From contig JAWMAR010000321.1 of assembly GCA_036785375.1 (NCBI GenBank), forward strand, positions 992,001 through 1,056,000: a stretch of DNA of 64,000 nucleotides. Direction: 5' to 3'. The stretch is from Leucoraja ocellata (lineage: Eukaryota). Shown in pieces: positions 25,898-37,690 of the stretch (positions are counted from its first letter, which is position 1; every line of letters begins with the position of its first letter). Made by a program: the position numbers and the translations under genes. Below the pieces are notes generated by a model. It searched no databases, was not told the origin of the DNA, and saw nothing but the letters and a program-made list of their open reading frames with translations.

Positions 25898-26783
25898 CTA
25901 ACAAAATTGGGAGAATTCGATGTTCATGCCCCCGGGGTGCAGACTCCCCAAACGAAATATGAGGTGCTGTTCCTCCAATTTCCGGTGCTGCTCGCTGTGG
26001 CCATGGAGGAGACCCAGGACAGAGAGGTCGGAGGCGGAGTGGGAGGGGGAGTTGAAGTGCTGAGCCACCGGGAGGTCAGCTTGGTTATTGCGGACCGAGC
26101 GGAGGTGTTCGGCGAAACGATCGCCCAACCTCCGCTTGGTCTCACCGATATAGATCTGCTGACATCTAGAGCAGCGGACGCAATAGATGAGGTTGGAAGA
26201 GATGCAGGTAAACCTCTGTCGCACCTGGAACGATTGCTTGGGTCCTTGAACGGAGTCGAGGGGGGAGGTAAAGGGACAAGTGTTGCATCTCTTGCGGTTG
26301 CAAGGGAAAGTGCCCGGGGAGGGGGTGGACCGAGAGGGAAGGGAAGAATTGACAAGGGAGTTATGGAGGGAGCGGTCTTTGCGGAAGGCAGATATGGGGG
26401 GAGATGGGAAGATGTGGCGAGTAGTGGGGTCACGTTGGAGGTGGCGAAACTGACGGAGGATTACTTTTTGTATGTGACGGCTGGTGGGGTGAAAGGTGAG
26501 GACTAGGGGGACTCGGCCCTTGTTGCGAGTGCGGGGATGGGGAGAGAGAGCAGTGTTGCGGGGTATGGAAGAGACCCTGGTGCGAGCCTCATTTATGGTG
26601 GAGGAGGGGAACCCCCGTTCCCTGAATAGTGAGGACATTTCAGATGTCCTGGTGTGGAACGCCTCATCCGTGGAGCAGATGCGACGTAGACGGAGGAATT
26701 GGGAGTAGGCGATGGAGTCCTTACATGAAGCAGGGTGGGAAGAAGTGTAGTCCAGATAGCCATGGGAGTCAGTGGGTTTATAG
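25898..26783 (-). CDS. PLE polyprotein C-terminal fragment (RT C-terminus, Cys linker, GIY-YIG endonuclease); no native start
   Basis: Frame stays open upstream of the 246-aa ORF (YKPTDSHGYLDYTSSHP..SQFLRLRRICS); CNRKRCNTC; NLIYCVRC..IYIGETKRRLGDRFAEH..E..GMN. Confidence 0.85.
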
Positions 26784-29700
26784 TGTAAAGTGGGTTTGTT
26801 TTAACATTGTACAGCAAACACCAACATCTATCATGTAGAGATGATGCAGTATAACATATTTAGCAGATTTTGTTTTCTAAAAATTATAATTGGTATCTTT
26901 TTTGCTCAAGTGGAAGCTACAAGCCTTTTATGATATATTCAGGATATTCATAAATGAAAGTCACTCTTAAAATAAATCCTTTGGAATAATTACGTTTTTA
27001 AAGAATGTTGATTCACAAACATTTTGGTGGAGAAAGGTTAATTACTGGTTTCTTCTCGATACGACCAGTATGCGGTGGTTTTCAGTTAGATTGCAAAATT
27101 TCTGCAAATTATTTTTTGTAAGCAGCTTTTTAAAGGACAGAGCCTTTCATGATATGAAATGTATGAAACTTGGAGGGACAGTGTTGTAGGAAAGGTGGAA
27201 TGGCAATTATTTTTGTTAAGCAACAATATATGTTTTGTAAATGCATGTAATGCAATGTCCTGTCAGATTTAAACATTTAGTGCATTTACTTTTAAATATT
27301 CATTTAACACAATGACAGAATTCTCCTTGTATTCATCAAAGCAAAGTTGATGATGTCAGAAAGTTACTTTTTATAACCTCGAGGGTAATATTCTGGTTGC
27401 AGCCAATCGCCAACATATTTTAAACTTCACTTTCTTTATTTTAGTTTAGGAATATTAAATAAATTAAAGTATCACTGAAATAGATTTTCCTGGTGACCTA
27501 TAATGATGAGACTCTTGTGTAATCTGAGGCTCTTTAACATTAAGCCTGTAGCCTCTCTGTAGCCATATAAGTTTGCCTGATGCTTTCTCTGAGAGCATTC
27601 GGTCAAATCGATCATAAATTCTGTTCAATTCCTCGTGGTTACGGATCTGAAAGCAGAGGTCTGAGTGATTTTGCAATGAAATGGCCTGCTGTTCTGGGGA
27701 TTTTAGTTCTGAAGCTGTGGGAGAGTAGATGCATTTTTCAGATCAATTCAGATTACCCAAACATTGGCATGTGACAAGATGATCTATCTGATGTTTCATG
27801 GTATTCGTTGTACTGTGATTTTATGACAGAGTGTGGGAGTGGGATTTATGTTGAAGATTCGTATGTGAAGATACCTCATTTAAGTTAAAGGCCAAAGTAC
27901 TTTTCCCTGGCGCTGAGGCGTTCTTGCATAACCGCAGAGTTTGCTGGCTTAATATTAAAGAGTCTTGGATACAACTGGGGATAGCTGTTTATTATCATTG
28001 CACAAACATCACTATTCTTGGTTACCTTCAGAAGGTAGTCTTACAACCAACCATAACACCCTAAGGATTTGTGACTGTGAAATGTTTAGTTTGCTTTAAA
28101 ATGAAATAAGATGCATAACACAGAACATTAAAAAGGAACTCCGAGTGCTGCATGTGCTGCCTGTGCATTTATCTGTTGTAGCTGAGAATTTACTCAGTTT
28201 TTAGTTCCCATTTACAACTCTCTGTGTACAGGTCACTATTTTACACACTAGATATGATTGCCATGCTGCATGTAATTGGGCCATGTGTTAAACTCCAGAT
28301 TGTCTGGCATTGAAGTTGATGTGCATATGGAGTCTATTTATTGTTAAACTCCACATAACTGAAAAGGAGACATTGCCTGAGGGAGTATTTTCTGCTTGGA
28401 GAACTCACTATACTTCAAATGCAGATATATATTTTATTTTACCCACTGCTGTGCATGAAATTAAAATTTCAGTGCTGAGCAAACATGATGGACGATAGAA
28501 TAAAAAAAAACATGAAATATTTGAGATAGCAGGTTATGCAGCATCTGCGGGTAAACAAACAGTTTTAATGTTTCAGACTTTTCATCATTTGTCAGGAATG
28601 AAATTTAGTTTTATTTCAGATTTCTAGCCTTTTGCATCAAAGAGTGAAAGGGTCTTAGTTGTTTTTGTTGTGAAGCGGTGTCTGTTCTGTCATTGGATTA
28701 CATAAAGAAATGCATGCCAGCATGCCTGGAATCAAAACAAAAGCGAATGAAAATTGTTAGCACTGTTTTTAGATTGTTAAAACATTGCTGGACAATTTTG
28801 TCATGTCGATCCATCTATGTGCATTGTAACTAAGGTTTTAGATTGCAATCTCAGTGCAATAGTACAGTCACATGTTCACCAGGAAGAGCTTCCATTTTAG
28901 GGGAAAGCTACATGTACTTTAGCTGACAGAGAGGGAGGAGGAGTCTGCTTTGTAGATCAATCACTATTGCTGATTTGATTCATGTCTGGTCTATTGCTGA
29001 CCCGATCCGTAATCCATGTTGGGTTTCCACTATGCCAAGTAACCATGCTTCCAGTTTCAACTGCGACTTCGAGCCTACAGTACCTTGGAATATGATTTCT
29101 GTATGTATTCTTATTAAAGTACTTATTCTGAAGTTTTATGACTCGGTGTCAATAGTACTTTTCATGTTTCCCTCTTTATATATCAGTGCATGAAGATCCT
29201 GGTGAATGAAAGTCATATCTGAAGAGAGTTATTGAGTGTCATGAGAATTAGGCCTTCAATGGCCATAGTAAGGCTGCAGTAGATAGCTAATCAGATTATA
29301 ATAACAATGAAATCTACACAGTATGAAGCAATGTGCTCAATGCACCATGAATACCCTAGGATGTGGGTTGCTTTATATCTGCTATTTCATTTCAGCTGCT
29401 ATGCACCTCCACACATACACACAACTCGTATACCCACACTCAATCACACACAGAACCACATTCAGGCACACATCCATTTGTGGATAAAATCCAACAAGAT
29501 TGTAATTGTTGAACAATTGCAAACTTCCACTGTCTTTCAGGCCAAAGTTTTGAGAGATCGTAGGTTCATTTGGCAGGAAATAATGCAGTCCCAGCGCCAA
29601 ATGGTCTGGGTATTAAGGCAATCTAGACCCTATGTGGAGAGCACATCATAGGAATTATTAATTTCCAAGATAAGCACATTGTGTAACCTGATCATTTGCA

Positions 29701-30229
29701 CCAGCTTCCCTGGTATTACCAGCAGAATGCATCCCAAAGTTAACACAATGGGGTCTGAACGATGCCAACTCTCAGTGAGGCCCTCAACTGAATGGGTCTA
29801 GGAGATAGATGCTGTATAAAGCAGGACAGATTAACTGATTTAGGATGCTCGTGTATTCTGAAGAAGCACAGCACACAGTTAAAATCTTACCCTCTTGTAG
29901 CTCTATTCATGTTAGCCATGGGCATTGAAAGTAGCGATTACATTTTGTAAGTGATCCCAACTGTTTTCACATTTTAAATGATCACGCTTCTGAAAATTAA
30001 TGGCTTTTCATGAAATTATTAAACGTGTTCTAATGTTCTTATCAGATAACTAATAACTTTTGCAAGTATTTAACCTCGTCTTATCTACTTGCTGAAAAAT
30101 AAAAATAAAACTATTGTTGTCTCAGTAACAAACAAGAGTTGTTGGTACAAATATTTAATTTGTCATGGCCAAACAGCTTTGATAGATGAATTGTAAGAGA
30201 CAACATGGAAATAGGCACGCCCACACTCT

Positions 30230-30560
30230 TTTTAGTTTAGCTCACCTTCACATCCACTCCCTGCACACTAGGGTCAATTTACAGAGGCCAATTAACCTTT
30301 AAACCTGCACGTCTTGGTATGTGGGAGGAATCCGGAGCACCTGGAGGAAACCCACATGGTCACAGAGAGATAGACACAATATCCTGGAGTAACTCAGCGG
30401 GACAGGCAGCACCTGTGGAGAGAAGGAATGGGTGACGTTTCCGGTCGAGACCCTTCCCGACCTGGTCACAGGGAGAATGTGCAAATTCCACACAACATTC
30501 CCCGATGTCAGGATCGAACCTGGGTCTTGGCACTGAGCTAGCTGCACCACTGGGCCACCA
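30230..30560 (-). mobile_element. V-SINE interrupted by a short PLE-derived insert
   Basis: B box on the minus strand (caggatcgaacctggg on +); V-domain split at tggtcacag. Confidence 0.8.
30366..30462 (-). mobile_element. Short hammerhead-headed PLE-derived insert
   Basis: TSD tggtcacag (30357-30365, 30463-30471); minus strand starts ggtcgggaagggtctcgaccggaaacgtcaccc. Confidence 0.85.
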
Positions 30561-31777
30561 ATTGAGTTCTATTATTTGAATTAAGATTTGGGAGGTTGAG
30601 AAGAATCACAACGCTAAATACAAACTTGGTATTCAAGCTGCTGAGAATAATTTAAAACTGCATTATTGCTACATAAAATACATTTAATTCCATTATTTTT
30701 CTTTTACTCTTGGGCCTACAGGAATATTTTTTTAATGCAGCAATTTTAATGCACCATGTTTTCTCTTCATTGTATTTTACAGAACCTTTTCATGACCTTT
30801 CAGTATCTAATGCAATCCTGTTGCCATGGCCACATTCAATTTTTTTTTTGTATATGGTGCAGGGAATAAGACATTATCTGACCCAGTTCCCTGGCACAGC
30901 TGATGGCGTGTTATCCTTGTCAGGTCTCTACATGTTACTTGAAGCAACTGAACCATGGACTTGGTTGTACTTCTGCTTAACAGTCATGAGCACAATAAAC
31001 ATTTGATCTGGACCCTGAAGAATAGGTCTCATTAACAATGCTGCAATGACTGCAGGTGCGCAAAATCTGTTGTTAGATAACTAAGATTGATATTCATCTG
31101 TGCAGTTAGTGTTTTTAGTGCTGCTTAATGTCCTGCCTTTGTGTTCACTTTGATATTATTCATTCCTTCCACATTTCAATGATCCATTTTTTAGTAAGAC
31201 TACTTTCTTATCATTCAAGTTATATTTTCATTGTTAGCTTTTCAAATTCATATCCTAATATTTTTTGCATTTTATAATTTGAAAATGCCTAGAATCAATA
31301 TTTCTTAAATCTTTATATTATTATTCTATGAATGTGCTTTTCCAAAATTACTTTATTTACTGTAACAGATTGCCAAAATGAATTTCAATGAAGTATTTGA
31401 AACACTTAATTATAAGAACAAATTATAACCATCATAATTATTCTGAGATATTGCAATAATGTGGTGACCATAGTCGTTAATTTTTCAATCAAATGATATT
31501 TGAAGCAATTCCTTGTGCCACAAGTTTTAAATGCCTGTACCTGAACATTACATATCTGTAGTTACATCAAGCTTTGCTGATGTATTCGGATGCTACCGAC
31601 TTAACGTAAAGGTTACGTCCCGCAGAACCACGTGCAATTCAGATGTAATGCAAGTTATAAATGGAAATGCTGCTGCATACGCATTTACTATTCAATGTGG
31701 AGACCATTCGGGAGCTCGGGGTTCAGCACCCTGAAGAATGGGTCTCATTAGCAATGCTGCAATGACTGCAGGTGTGT

Positions 31778-32020
31778 GGGACTCAGACATGGGACTCAGA
31801 CATGGAGACCACATGGGAGCTCTGACCCAGAGGCCATGGAGGAGCTCTGACGCGGAGACCACGTGGGAGATCTGACATGGAGACCATGTGGGTGCTCTGT
31901 GCCGGAGGCCACGGGGGAGCTCTGACGCGGAGGCCATGGGGGAGCTCTGACGCGGAGGCCGGGGGGGAGCTCCGGCATGGAGCTCCAACATAGAGACCAC
32001 GTGGGAGCTCCGGCACGGAG
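31778..32020. repeat. GC-rich minisatellite, ~23-bp unit, inside a probable Tigger-like relic
   Basis: Repeats of gggagctctgacgcggaggccat-like units; flank ends ..cataagtcaggaagtgcctata at ~32195. Confidence 0.7.
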
Positions 32021-32968
32021 TATGCATGAAAGCATCCACGGGAACAGTTGACTGGCTTGCAGAAATGGCCACATGCGAAAGCTACCGAGACTAACGAAAC
32101 GTGCATCTTGGAAATAAAGCAGCGGGCTTAAAGAATTGCTTACATAAGTGCAAGTTTATGTAAGTCAGTTTTTACATAAGTCAGGAAGTGCCTATACTTC
32201 TTTGTCAGCCTACACAAAGCATTAGTACTTGCTTCTGATCACTATGAGCAAAATGAGTATGAAACAGATTTGTATTAATAAATAGTAGTCAGATAGACAT
32301 CTTCCTGCTAATTTATTAAAAACTAAACATTGTACTCATGTTTAAACTACCACTTAATTTGGGGAGTTTGTGACAAGTGCAGTAGGGCAAGTTACCAGCT
32401 GATGTTTAGCAAAAGGAAAGTCGAAGTCTTTCCAACCAATCACATTTCCATGAATTATTAACCTACTTTTGGTTAAAACCAGCCCAGCTAATTTTGATCG
32501 TCTGACTTTTTGTGTCTACGGTTTAAACCAGCATCTGCAGTTCCTTCTTACACATGAGATCCAACCCGACTGGTTTCTGTGAAGAAACTGTTTTTGAACT
32601 TCGAGCTCAGGCTCTTGTACCCTCTTCCCGATGGTGGGGTGAGACAAAAACTTCGCCAGAGTGACATGGGTCTCTGATGATATTGGCTGACATTTTAAGG
32701 CTGCATCCCCTGTAGATGCCTTCAATGGTGGGGAGGTCAGTGTCCGTGATGGACTGGGCAGGCCTGCCACTTCCTGCAGCCTCCTTCATTCTTGGGCATT
32801 CGAGTTACCATTATACTCTCTACTGTACACTTGCAGAGGTTCAATGGAGTATTCGGCGACATACCGAATGTCCTCAATCTAATGAGGAAGTAGAGATGCC
32901 GATGAGCTTTCTTTGTGACTGCGTCAATGTGCTGGGCCTCGACAGACCTTCAGAGATATGCACACTAA

Positions 32969-33150
32969 AGAGCCTGTCCCACTTAGGCAACTATTTAGGC
33001 GACTGCCATGGACTAGTTTTAATGGAATTCACCTACGACAACCTATGACGGCAAAGGTTGTCGCCAGTTTCACAAAGTTTTTTCAACATGTTGAAAAGTT
33101 TGCAGCAATAGCCTGTAGTCGCCCAAACAATTGCCTGTGGGACAGGCCCA
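32969..33150. mobile_element. Harbinger-type MITE
   Basis: TAA|agagcctgtcccac...gtgggacaggccca|TAA. Confidence 0.85.
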
Positions 33151-33249
33151 TAAGCAATTTGAGTCTGTTGACTCTGCACCTCCCATCAGTAAAGACAATT
33201 GTGGATTGCTGTCTTTCCCTTCCTAAAGTTACCAATCAGTTCTTTTGTC

Positions 33250-33355
33250 ACGCTTTTTTAAATTATATGTATGACTGCAGGGAAACAAAATTTCGTTCAG
33301 ACCGAAAGGTCTGAATGACAATAAATGCATCTAATCTAATCTAATCTAATCTAAT
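33250..33355 (+). mobile_element. Isolated 3' tail of Rex-tailed element
   Basis: atttcgttcagaccgaaaggtctgaatgacaataaa plus (tctaa)n; same hairpin as 44330-44355 on the minus strand. Confidence 0.8.
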
Positions 33356-33494
33356 ATTGAGAGCAAGATTGTTCTGCACCATTCAATCAATTTCCAATCT
33401 CCCTCCTGTATTCTGACTCATCATTACTCCTTGTTCCTCCAACAGCAGTGGTATCATTGGTTAATGGTTGGAGTTGTTTGGCTACACAGTCAAC

Positions 33495-33712
33495 AGACAA
33501 TAGGCAATAGGTGCAGGAGTAGGCCATTTGGCCCTTCGAGCCAGCACCGCCATTCAACGTGATCATGGCTGATCAGCCCCAATCAGTACCCCATTCCTGC
33601 CTTCTCCCCATATCCCCTGACTCCGCAATTTTTAAGAGCCCTATCTAGCTCTCTCTTGAAAGCATCCAGAGAACCTGCCTCCACCGCCCTCTGAGGCAGA
33701 GAATTCCACAGA
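33495..33712 (-). mobile_element. CR1 3' tail
   Basis: Reverse complement closely matches 40215-40418. Confidence 0.85.
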
Positions 33713-34469
33713 CATCATGGGTGGAGAGAGATTACAGGGGAATTCACAACCAGCCAAGAGGTGCTCCAATGTTGATAGTTATTGAGTGCCGTTGCCAATT
33801 TGTGCCAATTGCGGTCTGCGGATAAAGAAGTCAAGGATCGAAATGCATAGAAACAAGTAGAGACCCAGTTCTCTGAGTTTGGTAATATGTTTAGCCAAGT
33901 TGGAGTCGATGAACACGAGCCTGACATACTTGCTTTTGTTGTCCAAATGGACCACTGCAGAAGGGAGAAACCGTGGGATGACATCTGCTGTTTATCTGCT
34001 GTGGCGTAAAGAAATTGAAGTGGGTCCAGGTTCTTGCTATGTTTCATAACCATCCTTTTAATGCACTTTATCACATCCTACGCGAATGCCACCAGTCGGT
34101 AGACAATGAGGCATGTCCCCTTACTCTTTTTGGACACCGATATCGTGGATATCCTTCCAAAGCAGGTGGGGACCTCAGACCACAGGAGGGAAATGTTGAA
34201 GATGTCAGCTAAATCTCTGGTCAAGTTTCAAAAACATAGCCAAGGTACACCATTGGGGCCAGACACTTTCCTAGGTTTTAACATCGGCCTCCGTGATTAA
34301 GGTTACGGTATTATCAAGGGCTCAGAAGGTATGTTGATGTTCTCCCTTGCAAAATGAGGGTAGAAAGCATGTTCTCATCTGGGGGTGATACACCGTTGTC
34401 ACTCGAGCTGCTGTGTGTTTTCATCTTAGAAGGAGTAATGGCATGTATGCCCTGCCATGCACAAGCTCT

Positions 34470-34675
34470 GGGTAGATGGTGTATGGAAGAAGCTTCCAGA
34501 GAGATAGTTGAGGTAGGTATAATAACAAGTTAAAAGACCCATGGACGGGTACATGTGGAAGGTTGAGAGGGATATAGGCCAATCGCCGGCAAATGGTAGT
34601 AGTTTAGATAGAACACCTTAGTCGTCATGGTGGAGTTGTGCCGTTGTGCCCGTGTGCAAGCTGTATGACTATAAC
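34470..34675 (+). mobile_element. Old CR1 3' tail
   Basis: ggtgtatggaagaagcttccagagagatagttgagg..gctgtatgact. Confidence 0.65.
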
Positions 34676-35159
34676 TGACTTACATTGTTTACTGCTGATG
34701 TGGTTTATGACCATTGATAGATTATTTATCAAATCTAGAAGCTTGTGCTTTGCACCAAATGACTCGGGTTGGCTCAGTTGGATGAGGATGACACTGATGG
34801 GTAACGTCATGTATCTGTGACCCAGACTAACGTGTCTGATATCCCTTTACAGCTCTTCCTCTTCTTCCAAACGCAGCAAGTAAATTGTGTGCAGTATTAT
34901 TCAGGTGTAAAGAATCTTGTATTTCCTCACTCTGGCCTACAGATGACCCCCCAGACTCGCTCAATGTTGTTGATTCTTACCTGTCCTCGAAAATAGCCCA
35001 TGAAACCATTCATCCCATTCGGATAATAAATGCTGACCTACCAGTGCATTCTGTGAGGAATATATAACATTAATTATTGACGGTCTGAAGCCCTTCTGTG
35101 TCATAAACCCCTTTAAAAAAAGGAAAATATGCTAATGTCCACAGCTGCTTGCTGAGATT

Positions 35160-35290
35160 TAGTTTAGTTTTAGTTCATTGTCAATTGTACCAAAAGTACA
35201 GTGAAAAGCTTTTTTGGTGCGTGCTATCCAGTCAGCGGAATGATTATGCATGATTACAATCAAGCTGTCTGCAGCGTATAGAGTCAGGAT
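35160..35290 (-). mobile_element. Rex/Babar 3' tail
   Basis: Similar to 4262-4380 (gtgaaaagcttt..catgattacaatcaag). Confidence 0.7.
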
Positions 35291-35309
35291 GTACGTGTTC
35301 AAAAGGTTA

Positions 35310-36142
35310 TCATAGTACCTGCCTCAACTACTTCAACTGGCATCTCATTGCATTTGCCCAGCAACCACTGCGTGAAAAGTTTCCCCTGAGGTTCCTATTA
35401 AATCTTTCCCCTCTCACCTTAAATGTATGCCTTCTCGTTCCTGATTCCCCGCTCCTCGAAAAAGACTCTAAGCATTCAACCTATCTATTCACTTTCTGAT
35501 TGTATGAGACATAGAAACATAGAAAATAGGTGCAGGAGTAGGCCATTCAGCCCTTCGAGCCTGCACCACCATTCAATATGATCATGGCTGATCATCCAAC
35601 TCAGTATCCTGTTCCTGCCTTGTCTCCATACCCCCTGGTCCCTTTAGCCACAAGGGCCACATCTAACTCCCTCTTAAATATAGCCAATGAACTGGCCTCA
35701 ACTACATTCTGTGGCAGAGAATTCCAGGGATTCACCACTCTCTGTGTGAAAAATGTTTTTCTCATCTCGGTCCTAAAAGACTTCCCTCTTATCCTTAAAC
35801 TGTGACCCCTTGTTCTGGACTTCCCCAACATCGGGAACAATCTTCCTGCATCTAGCCTGTCCAACCCCTTAAGAATTTTGTAAGTTTCTATAAGATCCCC
35901 CCTCAATCTTCTAAATTCTAGCGAGTACAAGCCGATCCTATCCATTCTTTCTTCATATGAAAGTCCTGACATCCCAGGAATCAGTCTGGTGAACCTTCTC
36001 TGTACTCTCTATATGGCAAGAATGTCCTTCCTCAGATTAGGAGACCAAAACTGTACGCAATACTCCAGGTGTGGTCTCACCAAGACCCTGTACAACTGCA
36101 GTAGAACCTCCCTGCTCCTATACTCAAATCCTTTTGCTATGA
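35310..36142 (-). mobile_element. CR1 fragments (older ~35310-35500; young 35508-36142)
   Basis: 123-aa ORF GLSYEERMDRIGLYSLEFRRLRGDLIETYKILKG..; (catagaaa)n tail; near-identical to 46990-47415. Confidence 0.92.
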
Positions 36143-37299
36143 ACCTCTATAAATTTATTTCCTGGCTCATAATGCCCTGAGCTTTCATTAAATTCAGCTT
36201 TTATTGCACATACGATCTAAGCTTTAATGTGGAGGATTATCCCGGCCATTACCTTACACAGTCTTGTTCTTAGTTTGTTGTCTTTGTTATTTCAGAAATG
36301 CACTGGTTAGCCAACATGTTCAAATACCCACCTACTGAATGGACTGAGAGGACAATTTTCACGATCCATTATTTGCTGCACTTTATCCATTATCTTGCAA
36401 TTTCACCCCTTATTCAGTACGTAGATTAGTACCCTCTGAGAAAGGAAAATTACAACTTTTATGAGCTAACATTTCTTGGAAGACGTTGAATCACCTAGTT
36501 GTTTTTCACCTTATTTGATTTAATTTTCCCTGCATTCCCCTAGTTCAGTGGGAAAGAAAGCCAAGTTGAGAATAAAATGGGGGCTGAATCTAGGGACCTC
36601 ACTGTGCCCAATGCTCTCAGCAGTTTATAGAAATAACATTGTGTGAATAAAAATTGACCAGCTTTGGTGATGGTGGAAATAAAGGGAAGGAATTCAAATG
36701 GATCATTCACATATTTATGTCTGAATATGGTTGTAAATGTCTTTAGCACAAACTAGCTGGGTTCTATAGATTGCAGATCCTTCCAGTGTCATTGCGAATG
36801 GTGCTATTCTTGGAGTCTTCTCCTGCCTGCCATTGACAGTTCATAATTCACCAATGCTCATGAACAGATGAGACAGAGGTTTGTTCTGATCAGTTGATTG
36901 TTGGTCGGGTTGTTTAGTGCTATCTCTTAGTCTTTTTTGGTGTTTAGCGCACATGTGGTGGTTGATTGCAGGTTCTCCAGATCGACATCTCATTTCTCAA
37001 TGTGCTTGGTCCACCTGCATGCACTTCTCGTTTGAACCGGGGGGGGGCCTTCATCCTCTGGTTTAAATCCAATGGCAGAATGCAAGACATTTACAATCAT
37101 GAGATTACAGATTATAATGGTGTACAGTTCGAGGGCAAATGGTTCATTGTGCCTCATGGATACCCAGATTGAGCTCGAAGATCAGTTTTGATCCCATTTA
37201 GCATGATTTGAAAGTGGCCTTGGTGTCTCTCATAGGAGCTGGGGAGTAGCAAAATATACCAAGGCTTTTAAGGGCATACATTTATCATAGATGGATTAA

Positions 37300-37690
37300 T
37301 GAGGAAGGGATTGTACATTTATGGCTCAAGTTGCCCGCTTCCTGACACAAATGTGGAGCATCGTGGACAATACAGCTCACCCCCTCCATGACAAAGGTCG
37401 ACCTCAGGAGCATCTTCAGCAACAGACTAGTTCCACCAAGATGCAGCACAGAACGCCACAGGAGATCCATTTTTCCAGTGGCTATCAAACTGTACAACCC
37501 CTCCTCTTCTGTCGTGGGGTAGACTGACACTTCCCGCCCCCCCCCCCCACAAACCTTTGCACGTCCTGAATCCTTGACTTTCCACTTGTCACTTTAATTT
37601 CATGTTTCATGTATCTTGTTGTGTCTTATGACCGCTGGCAGACGAATTTCCCTCCTGGGATAAATAAAGTTGTATTGTAGCGTATCGTGT
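37300..37690 (+). mobile_element. Rex/Babar-like LINE 3' end
   Basis: SIVDNTAHPLHD; tail aatttccctcctgggataaataaagt. Confidence 0.75.

Larger units (their letters stand above)
25688..26783 (-). mobile_element. 5'-truncated Penelope-like element, young copy
   Basis: TSD gggtttgttttaa (25675-25687, 26792-26804); open coding frame followed by 3' UTR/pLTR. Confidence 0.95.
32575..34460 (-). mobile_element. Decayed Rex1/Babar LINE (RT region) with nested insertions
   Basis: IKCIKRMVMKH..LDPLQF; TDLPTIEGIY..IIRDPCH; interrupted by a MITE, a Rex-tail fragment and a CR1 tail. Confidence 0.8.

Noticed and set aside
25799-26506. 235-aa plus-strand ORF
   Set aside because: Antisense shadow of the PLE coding frame
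28029-28040. 3-nt microexon cag|AAG|gtagtc
   Set aside because: Weak donor; expected by chance
31778-32020. CRISPR-like array
   Set aside because: Degenerate tandem units without unique spacers; eukaryotic context; no cas genes
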